From the NCBI RefSeq assembly GCF_009914755.1, contig NC_060933.1: DNA of 64,000 nt; one strand, given 5' to 3'. A model generated the notes under the pieces. It saw only the letters and a list, made by a program, of their open reading frames with translations. It did no database searches and was not told where the DNA came from. Within the stretch, counting starts at the first letter, position 1. Every line of letters starts with the position of its first letter. Positions 26,451 through 40,800 of the stretch are shown here, piece after piece. This DNA is from the human T2T-CHM13v2.0 reference genome, Homo sapiens. Made by a program: the position numbers and the translations under genes.

Positions 26451-29400
26451 TTCGACTGCAATCGAGTTGATTCCATTCCATTCCATTCCATTCCATTCCA
26501 TTCCATTCCTTTCCATTCCATTATGGATGGTTCCATTCCATTGCTTTCCATTCCATTCCATTCCCCTGTACTCGGGTTGATTCCATTCCATTCCATTCCA
26601 ATCCATGCCATTCCACTCGTGTTGATTCCATTCTTTCCATTCCATTCAAGTTGAATCCATTCCATTGCATGCCATTCCATTCGATTCCATTCGATTGCAC
26701 TCGGGTTGATTCCATTCCATTGCATTCCATTCCATTCCATTCCATTCCATTCCATTCCATTCCATTTCGTTCCATTCCATTCCATTACATTCGGATTGAT
26801 TCTATACAATTCCCTTACACTCCATTACATTCCATTCCATTCGGGTATTTTCCATTCCATTCCATTCCATTCCTCTCCATTCCATTGCACTCGGGTTGAT
26901 TCCATTCCATTGCATTCCATTCCATTCCGTTCAATTCCATTCCGTTCCATTCCATTCCATTACATTCGGATTGATTCTATTCAACTCCCTTACTCTCCAT
27001 TACATTCCATTCCATTCGGGTTGTTCCATTCCATTCCATTCCATTCCACTCCATTCCATTGCACTCGGGTTTATTCCATTCCATTCCATTCCATTCCATT
27101 CCATTCCGGAAGATTCCATTCCATTGCATTCCATTCCATTCCATTCCCCTGCACTCGCGTTGATTCCATTCCATTCCATTCCATTCCATTCCATTCCATT
27201 CCTTTCCGTTCCATTCCATTCCATTCCATTCCATTCCAATCCATTCCATTCCGATCCGTTCCGTTCCATTCCAATCCATTCCATTCTATTCGGGTTAATT
27301 CCATTCCATTCCATTCGATTGCAATCGAGTTGAATCCATTCCATTCTATTCCATTCCACTCCATTCCTTTGCATTCCATTACGGATGATTCCATTCCATT
27401 GCATTCCATTCCATTCCATTCCCCTGTACTCGGGTTCATTCCATTCCATTCCATTCCAATCCATGCCATTCCACTCGTGTTGATTCCATTCTTTCCATTC
27501 CATTCAAGTTGAATCCATTCCATTGCATTCCATTCCATTCCATTACCCTGCAGTCGGGTTGATTCCATTCCATTCCATTCCATTCCCTTCCATTCCATTC
27601 CGTTCCATTCCATTCCATTCGATTCCATTCTATTCGGGTTAATTCCATTCCATTCCATTCCATTCCTTTCCATTCCATTCCATTCCATTACAATCGAGTT
27701 GATTCCATTCCATTCCATTCCATTCCAGTCCTTTCCATTTCATTCCACTCGGGTTGATTCCATTCTATTAGTTTCCATTCCATTCCATTCCCTTCCATTC
27801 CACTCTGGTTGATACAATTCCTTTCCATTCCACTCGAATACATTCCCTCCTATTCCACTCGGAACGATTCCATTCCATTCCATTCCATTCCATTCCATTC
27901 CTTTCCATTCCATTCCATTTCGTTCCATTCCATTATATTCCGTATCTTCCATTCCATTCCATTCCATTCCATTCCATTCCATTGTACTCGGGGTGATTCA
28001 ATTCCATTGCATTCCATTCCATTCCGTTGCATTCCATTCCATTACATTCGGATTGATTCTATTCAACTCCCTTACTCTCCATTACATTCCACTCCATTCG
28101 GGTTGTTCCATTCCATTCCATTCCATTCCACTCCATTCCATTGCGCTCGGGTTGATTCCATTCCATTCCATTCCATTCCATTCCATTCCATTCCGGATGA
28201 TTCCATTCCATTGCATTCCGTTCCATTACATTCCCCTGCACTCGCGTTGATTCCATTCAATTCCATTCCATTCCATTACAATTCGTTCCATTCCATTCTA
28301 TTCCGTACCATTCCATTCCATTCCATACCATTCCATTCCATTCAATTCCATTCCATTCCGTTCCATTCCGTTCCATTCCATCCAATTCCATTCTATTCGG
28401 ATTAATTCCATTCCATTCCATTCCATTCCATTCCATTCTATTCCATTCCATTGCAATCGAGTTGAATCCATTGCATTTCATTCCATTCCATTCCATTCCA
28501 TTCCATTCCGGAAGATTCCATTCCATTGCATTCCATTCCATTCCATTCCCCTGCACTCGCGTTGATTCCATTCCATTCCATTCCATTCCATTCTGTTCCG
28601 TTCCGTTCCATTCCATTCCATTCCATTCCATTCCATTCCGTTCCATTCCATTCCATTCCATTCCATTCCATTCCATTCCGTTCCGTTCCATTCCATTCCA
28701 TTCCATTCTTTTCGGGTTAATTCCATTCCATTCCATTCGATTGCAATCGAGTTGATTCCATTCAATTCCATTCCATTCCATTCCATTCCATTCCATTCCT
28801 TTCCATTCCATTATGGATGATTCCATTCCATTGCATTCCATTCCATTCCATTCCCCTGTACTCGGGTTGATTCCATTCCATTCCATTCCAATCCATGCCA
28901 TTCCACTCGTGTTGATTCCATTCTTTCCATTCCATTAAAGTTGAATCCATTCCATTGCATTCCGTTCCATTCGATTCCATTCGATTGCACTCGGGTTTAT
29001 TGCATTCCATTGCATTCCATTCCATTCCATTCCATTCCATTCCATTCCATTCCGTTCCATTCCATTCCATTACATTCGGATTGATTCTATTCAATTCCCT
29101 TACACTCCATTACATTCCATTCCATTCGGGTAGTTTCCATTCCATTCCATTCCATTCCTCTCCATTCCATTGAACTCGGGTTGATTCCATTCCATTGCAT
29201 TCCATTCCATTCCATTCAATTCCATTCCGTTCCATTCCATTCCATTACATTCGGATTGATTCTATTCAACTCCCTTACTCTCCATTACATTCCATTCCAT
29301 TCGGGTTGTTCCATTCCATTCCATTCCATTCCACTCCATTCCATTGCACTCGGGTTTATTCCATTCCATTCCATTCCATTCCGGAAGATTCCATTCCATT

Positions 29401-32400
29401 GTATTCCATTCCATTCCATTTCCCTGCACTCGCGTTGATTCCATTCCATTCCATTCCATTCCATTCCATTCCATTCCATTCCATTCCTTTCCGTTCCATT
29501 CCATTCCATTCCATTCCATTCCAATCCATTCCATTCCGTTCCGTTCCGTTCCATTCCATTCCATTCCATTCTATTCGGGTTAATTCCATTCCATTCCATT
29601 CGATTGCAATCGAGTTGATTCCATTCCATTCCATTCCATTCCATTCCATTCCATTCCATTCCATTCCTTTCCATTCCATTACGGATGATTCCATTCCATT
29701 GCATTCCATTCCATTCCATTCCCCTGTACTCGGGTTGATTCCATTCCATTCCATTCCAATCCATGCCATTCCACTCGTGTTGATTCCATTCTTTCCATTC
29801 CATTCAAGTTGAATCCATTCCATTGCATTCCATTCCATTCCATTCCCCTGCAGTCGGGTTGTTTCCATTCCATTCCGTTCCATTCCATTCCATTCCATTC
29901 CGTTCCGTTCCGTTCCATTCCATTCCATTCCATTCTATTCGGGTTAATTCCATTCCATTCCATTCCATTCCATTCCATTCCAATCGAGTTGATTCCATTC
30001 CATTCCATTCCATTCCATTCCACTCCATTCCAGTCCTTTCCATTCCATTCCACTCGGGTTGATTCCAATGTATTCCTTTCCATTCCATTCCATTCCATTG
30101 CAATCGAGTTGATTCCATTGCTTTGCATTCCATTCCATTCCATTCCATTCCGGATGATTGCATTCCATTGCATTCCATTCCATTCCATTCCCCTGCACTC
30201 GGGTTGATTCCATTCCATTCCACTCCATTCCGTTCCATTCCATTCCATTCCATTGTATTCGGGTTAATTCCATTCCATTCCATTCCATTCCATTCCATTC
30301 CATTAAAATCGAGTTGATTCCATTCCATTCCATTCCATTCCAGTCCTTTCCATTCCATTCCTCTCGGGTTGATTCCATTCTATTAGTTTCCATTCCATTC
30401 CATTCCCTTCCATTCCACTCTGGTTGATTCCATTCCTTTCCATTCCACTCGAATACATTCCCTCCTATTCCACTCGGAACGATTCCATTCCATTCCATTC
30501 CATTCCATTCCATTCCATTCCATTCCATTCCATTCCATTCCATTTCGTTCCATTCCATTCTATTCCGTATCATTCCATTCCATTCCATTCCATTCCATTC
30601 CATTCCATTCCATTGTACTCGGGTTGATTAAATTCCATTGCATTCAATTCCATTCCATTCCATTCCATTCCGTTGCATTCCATTCCATTACATTCGGATT
30701 GATTCTATTCAACTCCATTACTCTCCATTCCATTCCATTCCATTCGGGTTGTTCCATTCCATTCCATTCCATTCCACTCCATTCCATTGCACTCGGGTTG
30801 ATTCCATTCTATTCCATTCCATTCCATTCCATTCCATTCCATTCCATTCCATTTCGGATGATTCCATTCCATTGCATTCCGTTCCATTAAATTCCCCTGC
30901 ACTCGCGTTGATTCCATTCCATTCCATTCAATTCCATTCCATTACAGTTCGTTCCATTCCATTCTATTCCGTACCATTCCATTCCATTCCACACCATTCC
31001 ATTCCATTACATTCCATTCCATTCCGTTCCATTCCGTTCCTTTCCATTCCATTCTATTCGAATTAATTCCATTCCATTCCATTCCATTCCATTCTATTCC
31101 ATTCCATTGCAATCGAGTTGAATCCATTGCATTTCATTCCATTCCATTCCATTCCATTCCATTCCGGAAGATTCCATTCCATTGCATTCCATTCCATTCC
31201 ATTCCCCTGCACTCGCGTTGATTCCATTCCATTCCATTCCATTCCATTCCATTCCATTCCATTCCGTTCCTTTCCATTCCATTCCATTCCATTCCTTTCC
31301 ATTACATTCCGTTCCATTCCATTCCATTCCATTCCATTCTATTCGGGTTAATTCCATTCCATTCCATTCGATTGTAATCGAGTTGATTCCATTCCATTCC
31401 ATTCCATTCCATTCTATTACATTCCATTCCATTCCATTCCTTTCCATTCCATTACGGATAATTCCATTCCATTGCATTCCATTCCATTCCATTCCCCTGT
31501 ACTCGGGTTGATTCCATTCCATTCCATTCCAAGCCATGCCATTCCACTCGTGTTGATTCTATTCTTTCCATTCCATTCAAGTTGAATCCATTCCATTGCA
31601 TTCCATTCCATTCGATTCCATTCGATTGCACTCGGGTTGATTCCATTCCATTGCATTCCATTCCATTCCATTCCATTCCATTCCATTCCATTCCATTCCG
31701 TTCCATTCCAATCCATTATATTCGGATTGATTCTATTCAATTCCCTTACACTCCATTACATTCCATTCCATTCGGGTAGTTTCCATTCCATTCCATTGCA
31801 TTCCTCTCCATTCCATTGCACTCGGGTTGATTCCATTCCATTGTATTCCATTCCATTCCATTCAATTACATTCCGTTCCATTCCATTCCATTACATTCGG
31901 ATTGATTCTATTCAACTCCCTTACTCTCCATTACATTCCATTCCATTCGGGTTGTTCCATTCCATTCCATTGCACTCGGGTTGATTCCATTCCATTCCAT
32001 TCCATTCCATTCCATTCCATTCCATTCCATTCCATTACAATCGAGTTGATTCCATTCCATTCCATTCCATTCCAGTCCTTTCCATTCCATTCCACTCGGG
32101 TTGATTCCATTCTATTAGTTTCCATTCCATTCCATTCCCTTCCATTCCACTCTGGTTGATTCCATTCCTTTCCATTCCACTCGAATACATTCCCTCCTAT
32201 TCCACTCGGAACGATTCCATTCCATTCCATTCCATTCCATTCCATTCCATTCCATTCCATTCCTTTCCATTTCGTTCCATTCCATTCTATTCCGTATCAT
32301 TCCATTCCATTCCATTCCATTCCATTCCATTCCATTCCATTGTACTCGGGTTGATTCCATTCCACTGCATTCCATTCCATTCCATTCCATTCCATTCCAT

Positions 32401-32989
32401 TCCATTCCATTCCATTCCATTCCGTTCCATTCCAATCCATTCCATTCCATTGTACTCGGGTTGATTCCATTCCATTGCGTTCCATTCCATTCCATTCAAT
32501 TCCATTCCGTTCCATTCCATTACATTACATTCGGATTGATTCTTTTCAACTCCCTTACTCTCCATTACATTCCATTCCATTCGGATTGTTCCATTCCATT
32601 CCATTCCATTCCACGCCTTTCAATTGCACTCGGGTTGATTCCATTCCATTCCATTCCATTCCATTCCATTCGATTCCATTCCATTCCCCTGCACTCGCGT
32701 TGATTCCATTCCATTCCATTCCATTCCATTCCATTCCATTCCATTCCATTCCATTCCTTTCCATTCCAGTCCTTTCCATTCCATTCCACTCGGGTTGATT
32801 CCATTCTATTAGTTTCCATTCCATTCCATTCCCTTCCATTCCACTCTGGTTGATTCCATTCCTTTCCATTCCACTCGAATACATTCCCTCCTATTCCACT
32901 CGGAACGATTCCATTCCATTCCATTCCATTCCATTCCATTCCATTCCATTCCATTCCATTACAATCGAGTTGATTCCATTCCATTCCAT

Positions 32990-35510
32990 TCCATTTCATT
33001 CCATTCCATTCCATTCCATTCCACTCCATTCCATTGCACTCGGGTTTATTCAATTCCATTCCATTCCATTCCATTCCATTCCATTCCATTCCATTCCATT
33101 CCATTCGGGAAGATTCCATTCCATTGCATTCCATTCCATTCCATTCCATTCCATTCCATTCCATTCCATTGCATTCCATTCCATTCCATTCCCCTGCACT
33201 CGCGTTGATTCCATTCCATTCCATTCCATTCCTTTCCGTTCCATTCTATTCCATTCGATTCGATTGCAATCGAGTTGATTCCATTCCATTCCATTCCATT
33301 CCATTCCATTCCTTTCCATTCCATTGCGGATGATTCCATTCCATTGCATTACATTCCATTCCATTCCCCTGTACTCGGGTTGATTCCATTCCATTCCATT
33401 CCATTCCATTCTATTCCATTCCATTCCATTCCATTCCAGAAATTTCCATTCCATTGCATTCCATTCCATTCCATTCCCCTGCACTCGCGTTGATTCCATT
33501 CCATTCCATTCCATTCCATTCCATTCCATTGTATTCCATTCCGATCCGTTCCATTCCATTCCATTCCATTCCATTCCGTTCCGTTCCATTCCATTCCATT
33601 CCATTCCATTCCATTCCATTCCATTCTATTCGGGTTAATTCCATTCCATTCCATTCCATTGCAATCGAGTTGATTCCATTCCATTCCATTCCATTCCATT
33701 CCATTCCATTCCATTCCATTCCTTTCCATTACATTACGGGTGATTCCATTCCATTTCATTCCATTCCATTCCATTCCCCTGTACTCGGGTTGATTCTATT
33801 CCATTCCATTCCAATCCATGCCATTCCACTCGTGTTGATTCCATTCTTTCCATTCCATTCAAGTTGAATCCATTCCATTGCATTCCATTCCATTCGATTC
33901 CATTCGATTGCACTCGGATTGATTCCATGGCATTTCATTCCATTCCATTCCATTCCATTCCATTCCATTCCATTACAATCGAGTTGATTCCATTCCATTC
34001 CATTCCATTCCATTCCATTCCTGTCCTTTCCATTCCATTCCACTCGGGTTGATTCCATTCTATTAGTTTCCATTCCATTCCATTCCCTTCCATTACACTC
34101 TGGTTGATTCCATTCCTTTCCATTCCACTCGAATACATTCCCTCCTATTCCACTCGGAACGATTCCATTCCATTCCATTCCATTCCATTCCATTCCATTC
34201 CATTCCAGTTCGTTCCATTCCATTCTATTCCGTACCATTCCATTCCATTCCATTCCTTTCCATTCCATTCCTTTCCACTCGTGTTGATTCCATTCCTTTC
34301 CATTCCATTCGGTTTGAAGGCATTCCATTCCATTCCATTCCATTCCATTCCATTCCATTCCATTCTATTCCATTACATTCGGATTGATTCTGTTCAATTC
34401 CCTTACACTCCATTACATTCCATTCCATTCGGGTAGTTTCCATTCCATTCCATTCCATTCCTCTCCATTCCATTACACTCGGGTTGATTCCATTCCATTG
34501 CATTCCATTCCATTCCATTCAATTCCATTCCGTTCCCTTCCATTCCATTACATTCGGATTGATTCTATTCAACTCCCTTACTCTCCATTACATTCCATTC
34601 CATTTCATTCCATTCCATTCCATTCCATTCCACTCCATTTCATTGCACTCGGGTTTATTCAATTCCATTCCATTCCATTCCATTCCATTCCATTCCGGAA
34701 GATTCCATTCCATTGCATTCCATTCCATTCCATTCCATTGCATTCCATTCCATTCCATTCCCCTGCACTCGCGTTGATTCCATTCCATTCCATTCCATTC
34801 CATTCCATTCCATTCCTTTCCGTTCCATTCTATTCCATTCCATTCGATTGCAATCGAGTTGATTCCATTCCATTCCATTCCATTCCATTCCATTCCTTTC
34901 CATTCCATTACGGATGATTCCATTCCATTGCATTACATTCCATTCCATTCCCCTGTACTCGGGTTGATTCCATTCCATTCCATTCCATTCCATTCTATTC
35001 CATTCCATTCCATTCCATTCCAGAATTTTCCATTCCATTGCATTCCATTCCATTCCATTCCCCTGCACTCGCGTTGATTCCATTCCATTCCATTCCATTC
35101 CATTCGATTCCATTGCATTCAATTCCGATCCATTCCATTCCATTCCATTCCATTCCATTCCGTTCCGTTCCATTCCATTCCATTCCATTCCATTCCATTC
35201 TATTCGGGTTAATTCCATTCCATTCCATTCAATTGCAATCGAGTTGATTCCATTCCATTCCATTCCATTCCATTCCATTCCATTCCATTCCATTCCTTTC
35301 CATTACATTACGGGTGATTCCATTCCATTTCATTCCATTCCATTCCATTCCCCTGTACTCGGGTTGATTCTATTCCATTCCATTCCAATCCATGCCATTC
35401 CACTCGTGTTGATTCCATTCTTTCCATTCCATTCAAGTTGAATCCATTCCATTGCATTCCATTCCATTCGATTCCATTCGATTGCACTTGGATTGATTCC
35501 ATGGCATTGC
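32990..35510 (+). repeat. ~0.9 kb block duplicated at ~1.58 kb offset (~32990-33935 and ~34600-35510)
   Basis: Shared private variants: gggtttattcaattcc (~33042/34651), ccagaa(a/t)tttcc (~33436/35020), acattacgggtgattcc (~33731/35305), gattccatggcatt (~33921/35495). ORFs at 33275 and 34859 are near-identical (offset 1584). Confidence 0.8.
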
Positions 35511-35715
35511 ATTCCATTCCATTCCATTCCATTCCATTCCTTTCCATTCCATTCCATTCCATTCCATTCCATTCGGATTCATTCTATTCAATTCCCTTAC
35601 ACTCCATTAGATTCCATTCCATTCGTGTAGTTTCCATTCCATTCCATGCCATTCCTCTCCATTCCATTGCACTCGGGTTGATTCCATTCCATTCCATTCC
35701 ATTCCATTCCATTCC

Positions 35716-36030
35716 ATTCCATTCCCGATGATTCCATTCCATTGAATTCCATTCCATTCCATGCCCCTGCTCTTGTGTTGATTCCATTCCATTCCATTCC
35801 ATTCCTTTCTGTTCCATTCCATTCCATTCCATTCCATTCTATTCGTGTTAATTCCATTCCATTCCATTCCATTCCATTCCCGATGATTCCATTCCATTGA
35901 ATTCCATTCCATTCCATGCCCCTGCTCTTGTGTTGATTCCATTCCATTCCATTCCATTCCTTTCTGTTCCATTCCATTCCATTGCATTCCATTCTATTCG
36001 TGTTAATTCCATTCCATTCTATTCCATTCC
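35716..36030 (+). repeat. 155-bp tandem duplication with private variants
   Basis: cgatgattccattccattgaattcc...atgcccctgctcttgtgttg...tttctgttcc...ctattcgtgttaattcc occurs at ~35726 and ~35881 (atgcccctgc at 35761 and 35916). I did not see it elsewhere in the window. Confidence 0.85.
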
Positions 36031-39000
36031 ATTCCATTGAAATCGAGTTGATTCCATTCCATTCAATTCCATTCCATTCCATTCAATTCCATTCGGGATG
36101 ATTCCATTCCATTTTATTCCATTCCATTCCATTCCACTGCACTCGGGTTGATTCCATTCCATTCCATTCCATTACATTCCATTCCATTCCGTTCCATTTC
36201 ATTCTATTCGGGTTAATTCCATTCCATTCCATTCCACTCCATTCCAGTCCTTTCCATTCCATTCCACTCGGGTTGATTCCATTCTATTCCTTTCAATTCC
36301 ATTCCATTCCATTGCAATCGAGTGGATTCCATTCGAGTTGAATCCATTCCATTCCATTCCATTCCATGCCATTGCACACGGGTTCATTCCATTCCATTAC
36401 ATTCCATTCCATTCCATTCCATTTCATTCCATTCCATGCTATTCCGTACCATTCCATTCCATCCCATTCCATTCCGTTCCATTCCATGCCATTACACTCG
36501 GGTTGATTCCATTCCTTTCCATTCCATTCTTGTTGAATCCATTCCATTCCATTCCATTCCATTCGAATCCATTCCATTGCACTCGGGTTGATTCCATTCC
36601 ATTCCATTCCATTCCATTTCATTCCATTCCATTCCGTTACATTCGGATTGATTCTATTCAATTCCCTTACACTCCATTACATTCCATTCCATTCGGGATG
36701 TTTCCTTTCCATTCCATTCCATTCCACTCCATTCCATTGCATCAGGTTGATTGCATTGCATTCCATTCCATTCCATTCCGGATGATTCCATTCCATTGCA
36801 TTCCATTCCATTCCATTCCCCTGCACTCGGGTTGATTCCTTTCCATTCCATTCCATTCCATTCCATTCCATTCCATTCCATTCCATTCCGTTACATTCCA
36901 TTCCATTCCATTCTATTCCGGTTAATTCCATTCCATTCCATTCGATTCCATTCCATTCCATTCCATTCCATTGCAGTCGGGTTGATTCCATTCCATTCCA
37001 TTCCATTCCATTCCATTCCGTTCCATTCCATTCCATTCCATTCTATTCGGGTTAATTCCATTCCATTCCATTCCATTCCATTCCATTCCATTCCATTCCA
37101 TTCCATTCCGTTCCATTCCATTCTATTCGGGTTAATTCCATTCCATTCCATTCCATTCCATTGCATTCCATTCCGTTCCGTTCCATTCCATTCCATTCCA
37201 TTCCATTCCATTCCGTTCCGTTCCATTCCATTCCATTCCATTCTATTCGGGTTAATTCCATTCCATTCCATTCGATTGCCATCGAGTTGATTCCATTCCA
37301 TTCCATTCCATTCCATTCCATTCCATTCCTTTCCATTCCATTACGGATGACTCCATTCCATTGCATTCCATTCCATTCCATTCCCCTGTACTCGGGTTGA
37401 TTCCATTCCATTCCATTCCACTCCATTCGGTTCCGTTGCATTCCATTCTATTGCATTCCATTCTATTCTGGTTAATTCCATTCCATTCCATTCCATTCCA
37501 TTGCAATGGAGTTGATTCCATTCCATTCCATTCAATTCCGGATGATTCCATTCCATTGCATTCCATTCCATTCTATTCCCCTGCACTCGTGTTCATTCCA
37601 TTCCGTCCATTCCATTCCATTCCATTCTATTCCGGTTAATTCCATTCCATTCCATTCCATTCCATTCCATTCCATTGCAATCGAGTTGATTCCATTCCAT
37701 TCCTTTCCATTCCATTCCATTGTCTTGCATTCCACTCGGGTTGATTCCATTCCCTTCTTTCCACTCCATTACATTCCCTTCCATTCCACTCGGAATGATT
37801 GATTCCATTCCATTCCATTCCATTTCATTCCATTGCAATCCATTCCAATCCATTCCATTCCATTCCATTCCACTCGAGTTGACTTCATTCCATTCCTTTC
37901 CATTCCATTCCATTCCTTTCCACTCGAGTTGATTCCATTCCATTCCAATCCATTGCATTCCATTCCATGCCATTCCACTCGGGTTGATTCCATTCCTTTG
38001 CATTCCATTCCATTCCATTCCATTCCATTCCGTTGCATTCCATTCCATTACATTCGGATTGATTCTATTCAACTCCCTTACTCTCCATTACATTCCATTC
38101 CATTCGGGTTGTTCCATTCCATTCCATTCCATTCCACTCCATTCCATTGCACTCGGGTTGATTCCATTCCATTCCATTCCATTCCATTCCATTCCATTCC
38201 ATTCCGGATGATTCCATTCCATTACATTCCGTTCCATTACATTCCCCTGCACTCGCGTTGATTCCATTCCATTCCATTCCATTCCATTCCATTCAATTCC
38301 ATTCCATTACAATTCGTTCCATTCCATTCTATTCCGTACCATTCCATTCCATTCCATACCATTCCATTCTATTCCATTCCATTCCATTCCATTCCATTCC
38401 GTTCCATTCCGTTCCATTCCATTCCATTCCATTCTATTCGGGTTAATTCCATTCCATTCCATTCGATTGCAATCGTGTTGATTCCATTCTATTCCATTCC
38501 ATTCCATTCCATTCCATTCCATTCCATTCCATTCCTTTCCATTCCATTACGGATGATTCCATTCCATTGCATTCCATTCCATTCCATTCCCCTGTACTCG
38601 GGTTGATTCCATTCCATTGCATTCCAATCCATGCCCTTCCACTCGTGTTGATTCCATTCTTTCCATTCCATTCAAGTTGAATCCATTCCATTGCATTCCA
38701 TTCCATTCGATTCCATTCGATTGCACTCGGGTTGATTCCATTCCATTGCATTCCATTCCATTCCATTCCATTCCATTCCATTTCATTCCATTCCGTTCCA
38801 TTCCATTACATTACATTCGGATTGATTCTATTCAATTCCCTTACACTCCATTACATTCCATTCCATTCGGGTAGTTTTCATTCCATTCCATTCCATTCCT
38901 CTCCATTCCATTGCACTCGGGTTGATTCCATTCCATTGCATTCAATTCCATTCCATTCAATTCCATTCCGTTCCATTCCATTCCATTACATTCGGATTGA

Positions 39001-39739
39001 TTCTATTCAACTCCCTTACTCTCCATTACATTCCATTCCATTCGGGTTGTTCCATTCCATTCCATTCCATTCCACTCCATTCCATTGCACTCGGGTTTAT
39101 TCCATTCCATTCCATTCCATTCCATTAAATTCCATTCCATTCCGGAAGATTCCATTCCATTGCATTCCATTCCATTCCATTCCCCTGCACTGGCGTTGAT
39201 TCCATTCCATTCCATTCCATTCCATTCAATTCCTTTCCTTTCCGTTCCATTCCATTCCATTCCATTCCATTCCATTCCATTCCGTTCCGTTCCATTCCCT
39301 TCCATTCCATTCCATTCCATTCCATTCGGGTTAATTCCAGTCCATTCCATTCGATTGCAATCGAGTTGATTCCATTCCATTCCATTCCATTCCATTCCAT
39401 TCCATTCCATTCCTTTCCATTCCATTACGGATGATTCCATTCCATTGCATTCCATTCCATTCCATTCCCCTGTACTCGGGTTGATTCCATTCCATTCCAT
39501 TCCAATCCATGCCATTCCACTCGTGTTGATTCCATTCTTTCCATTCCATTCAAGTTGAATCCATTCCATTGCATTCCATTCCATTCCATTCCCCTGCAGT
39601 TGGGTTGATTCCATTCCATTCCATTCCATTCCATTCCATTCCATTCCATTCCGTTCCGTTCTGTTCCGTTCCATTCCATTCCTTTCCATTCTATTCGGGT
39701 TAATTCCATTCCATTCCATTCCATTCCATTCCATTCCAT

Positions 39740-40800
39740 TCCATTCCATTCCAATCGAGTTGATTCCATTCCATTCCATTCCATTCCATTCCACTCCATT
39801 CCAGTCCTTTCCATTCCATTCCACTCCGGTTGATTCCAATGTATTCCTTTCCATTCCGTTCCATTCCATTGCAATCGAGTTGATTCCATTTTTTGCATTC
39901 CATTCCATTCCATTCCATTCCGGATGATTCCATTCCATTGCATTCCATTCCATTCCATTCCCCTGCACTCGGGTTGATTCCATTCCATTCCACTCCATTC
40001 CGTTGCATTCCATTCCATTCCAATGTATTTGGAATAATTCCATTCCATTCCATGCCATTCCATTCCATTCCATTACAATCGAGTTGAATCCATTCCATTC
40101 CATTCCATTCCAGTCCTTTCCATTCCATTCCACTCGGGTTGATTCCATTCTATTAGTTTCCATTCCATTCCATTCCCTTCCATTCCACTCTGGTTGATAC
40201 CATTCCTTTCCATTCCACTCGAATACATTCCCTCCTATTCCACTCGGAACGATTCCATTCCATTCCATTCCATTTCATTCCATTCCATTCCAATCGAGTT
40301 AATTCCATTCCATTCCATTCCATTCCATTCCACTCCATACCAGTCCTTTCCTTTCCATTCCACTCGGGTTGATTCCAGTATATTCCTTTCCATTCCATTC
40401 CATTCCATTGCAATCGAGTTGATTCCATTGCTTTGCATTCCATTCCATTCCATTCCATTCCGGATGATTCCATTCCATTGTATTCCATTCCATTCCATTC
40501 CCCTGCACTCGGGTTGATTCCATTCCATTCCACTCCATTCCGTTCCATTCCATTCCATTGCATTGTATTCGGGTTAATTCCATTCCATTCCATTCCATTC
40601 CATTCCATTCCATTACAATTGAGTTGATTCCATTCCATTCCATTCCATTCCAGTCCTTTCCATTCCATTCCTCTCGCGTTGATTCCATTCTATTAGTTTC
40701 CATTCCATTCCATTCGCTTCCATTCCACTCAGGTTTTTTCCATTCCTTTCCATTCCACTCGAATACATTCCCTCCTATTCCACTCGGAAGGATTCCATTC
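39740..40800 (+). repeat. ~540-bp diverged tandem duplication
   Basis: The same module order (ccaatcgag - cagtcctttcc - gtattcctttcc - tttgcattcc - ggatgattcc - tgtatt - tattagtttcc - gaatacattccctcc) occurs twice; tattagtttc is at 40151 and 40691. Confidence 0.75.
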
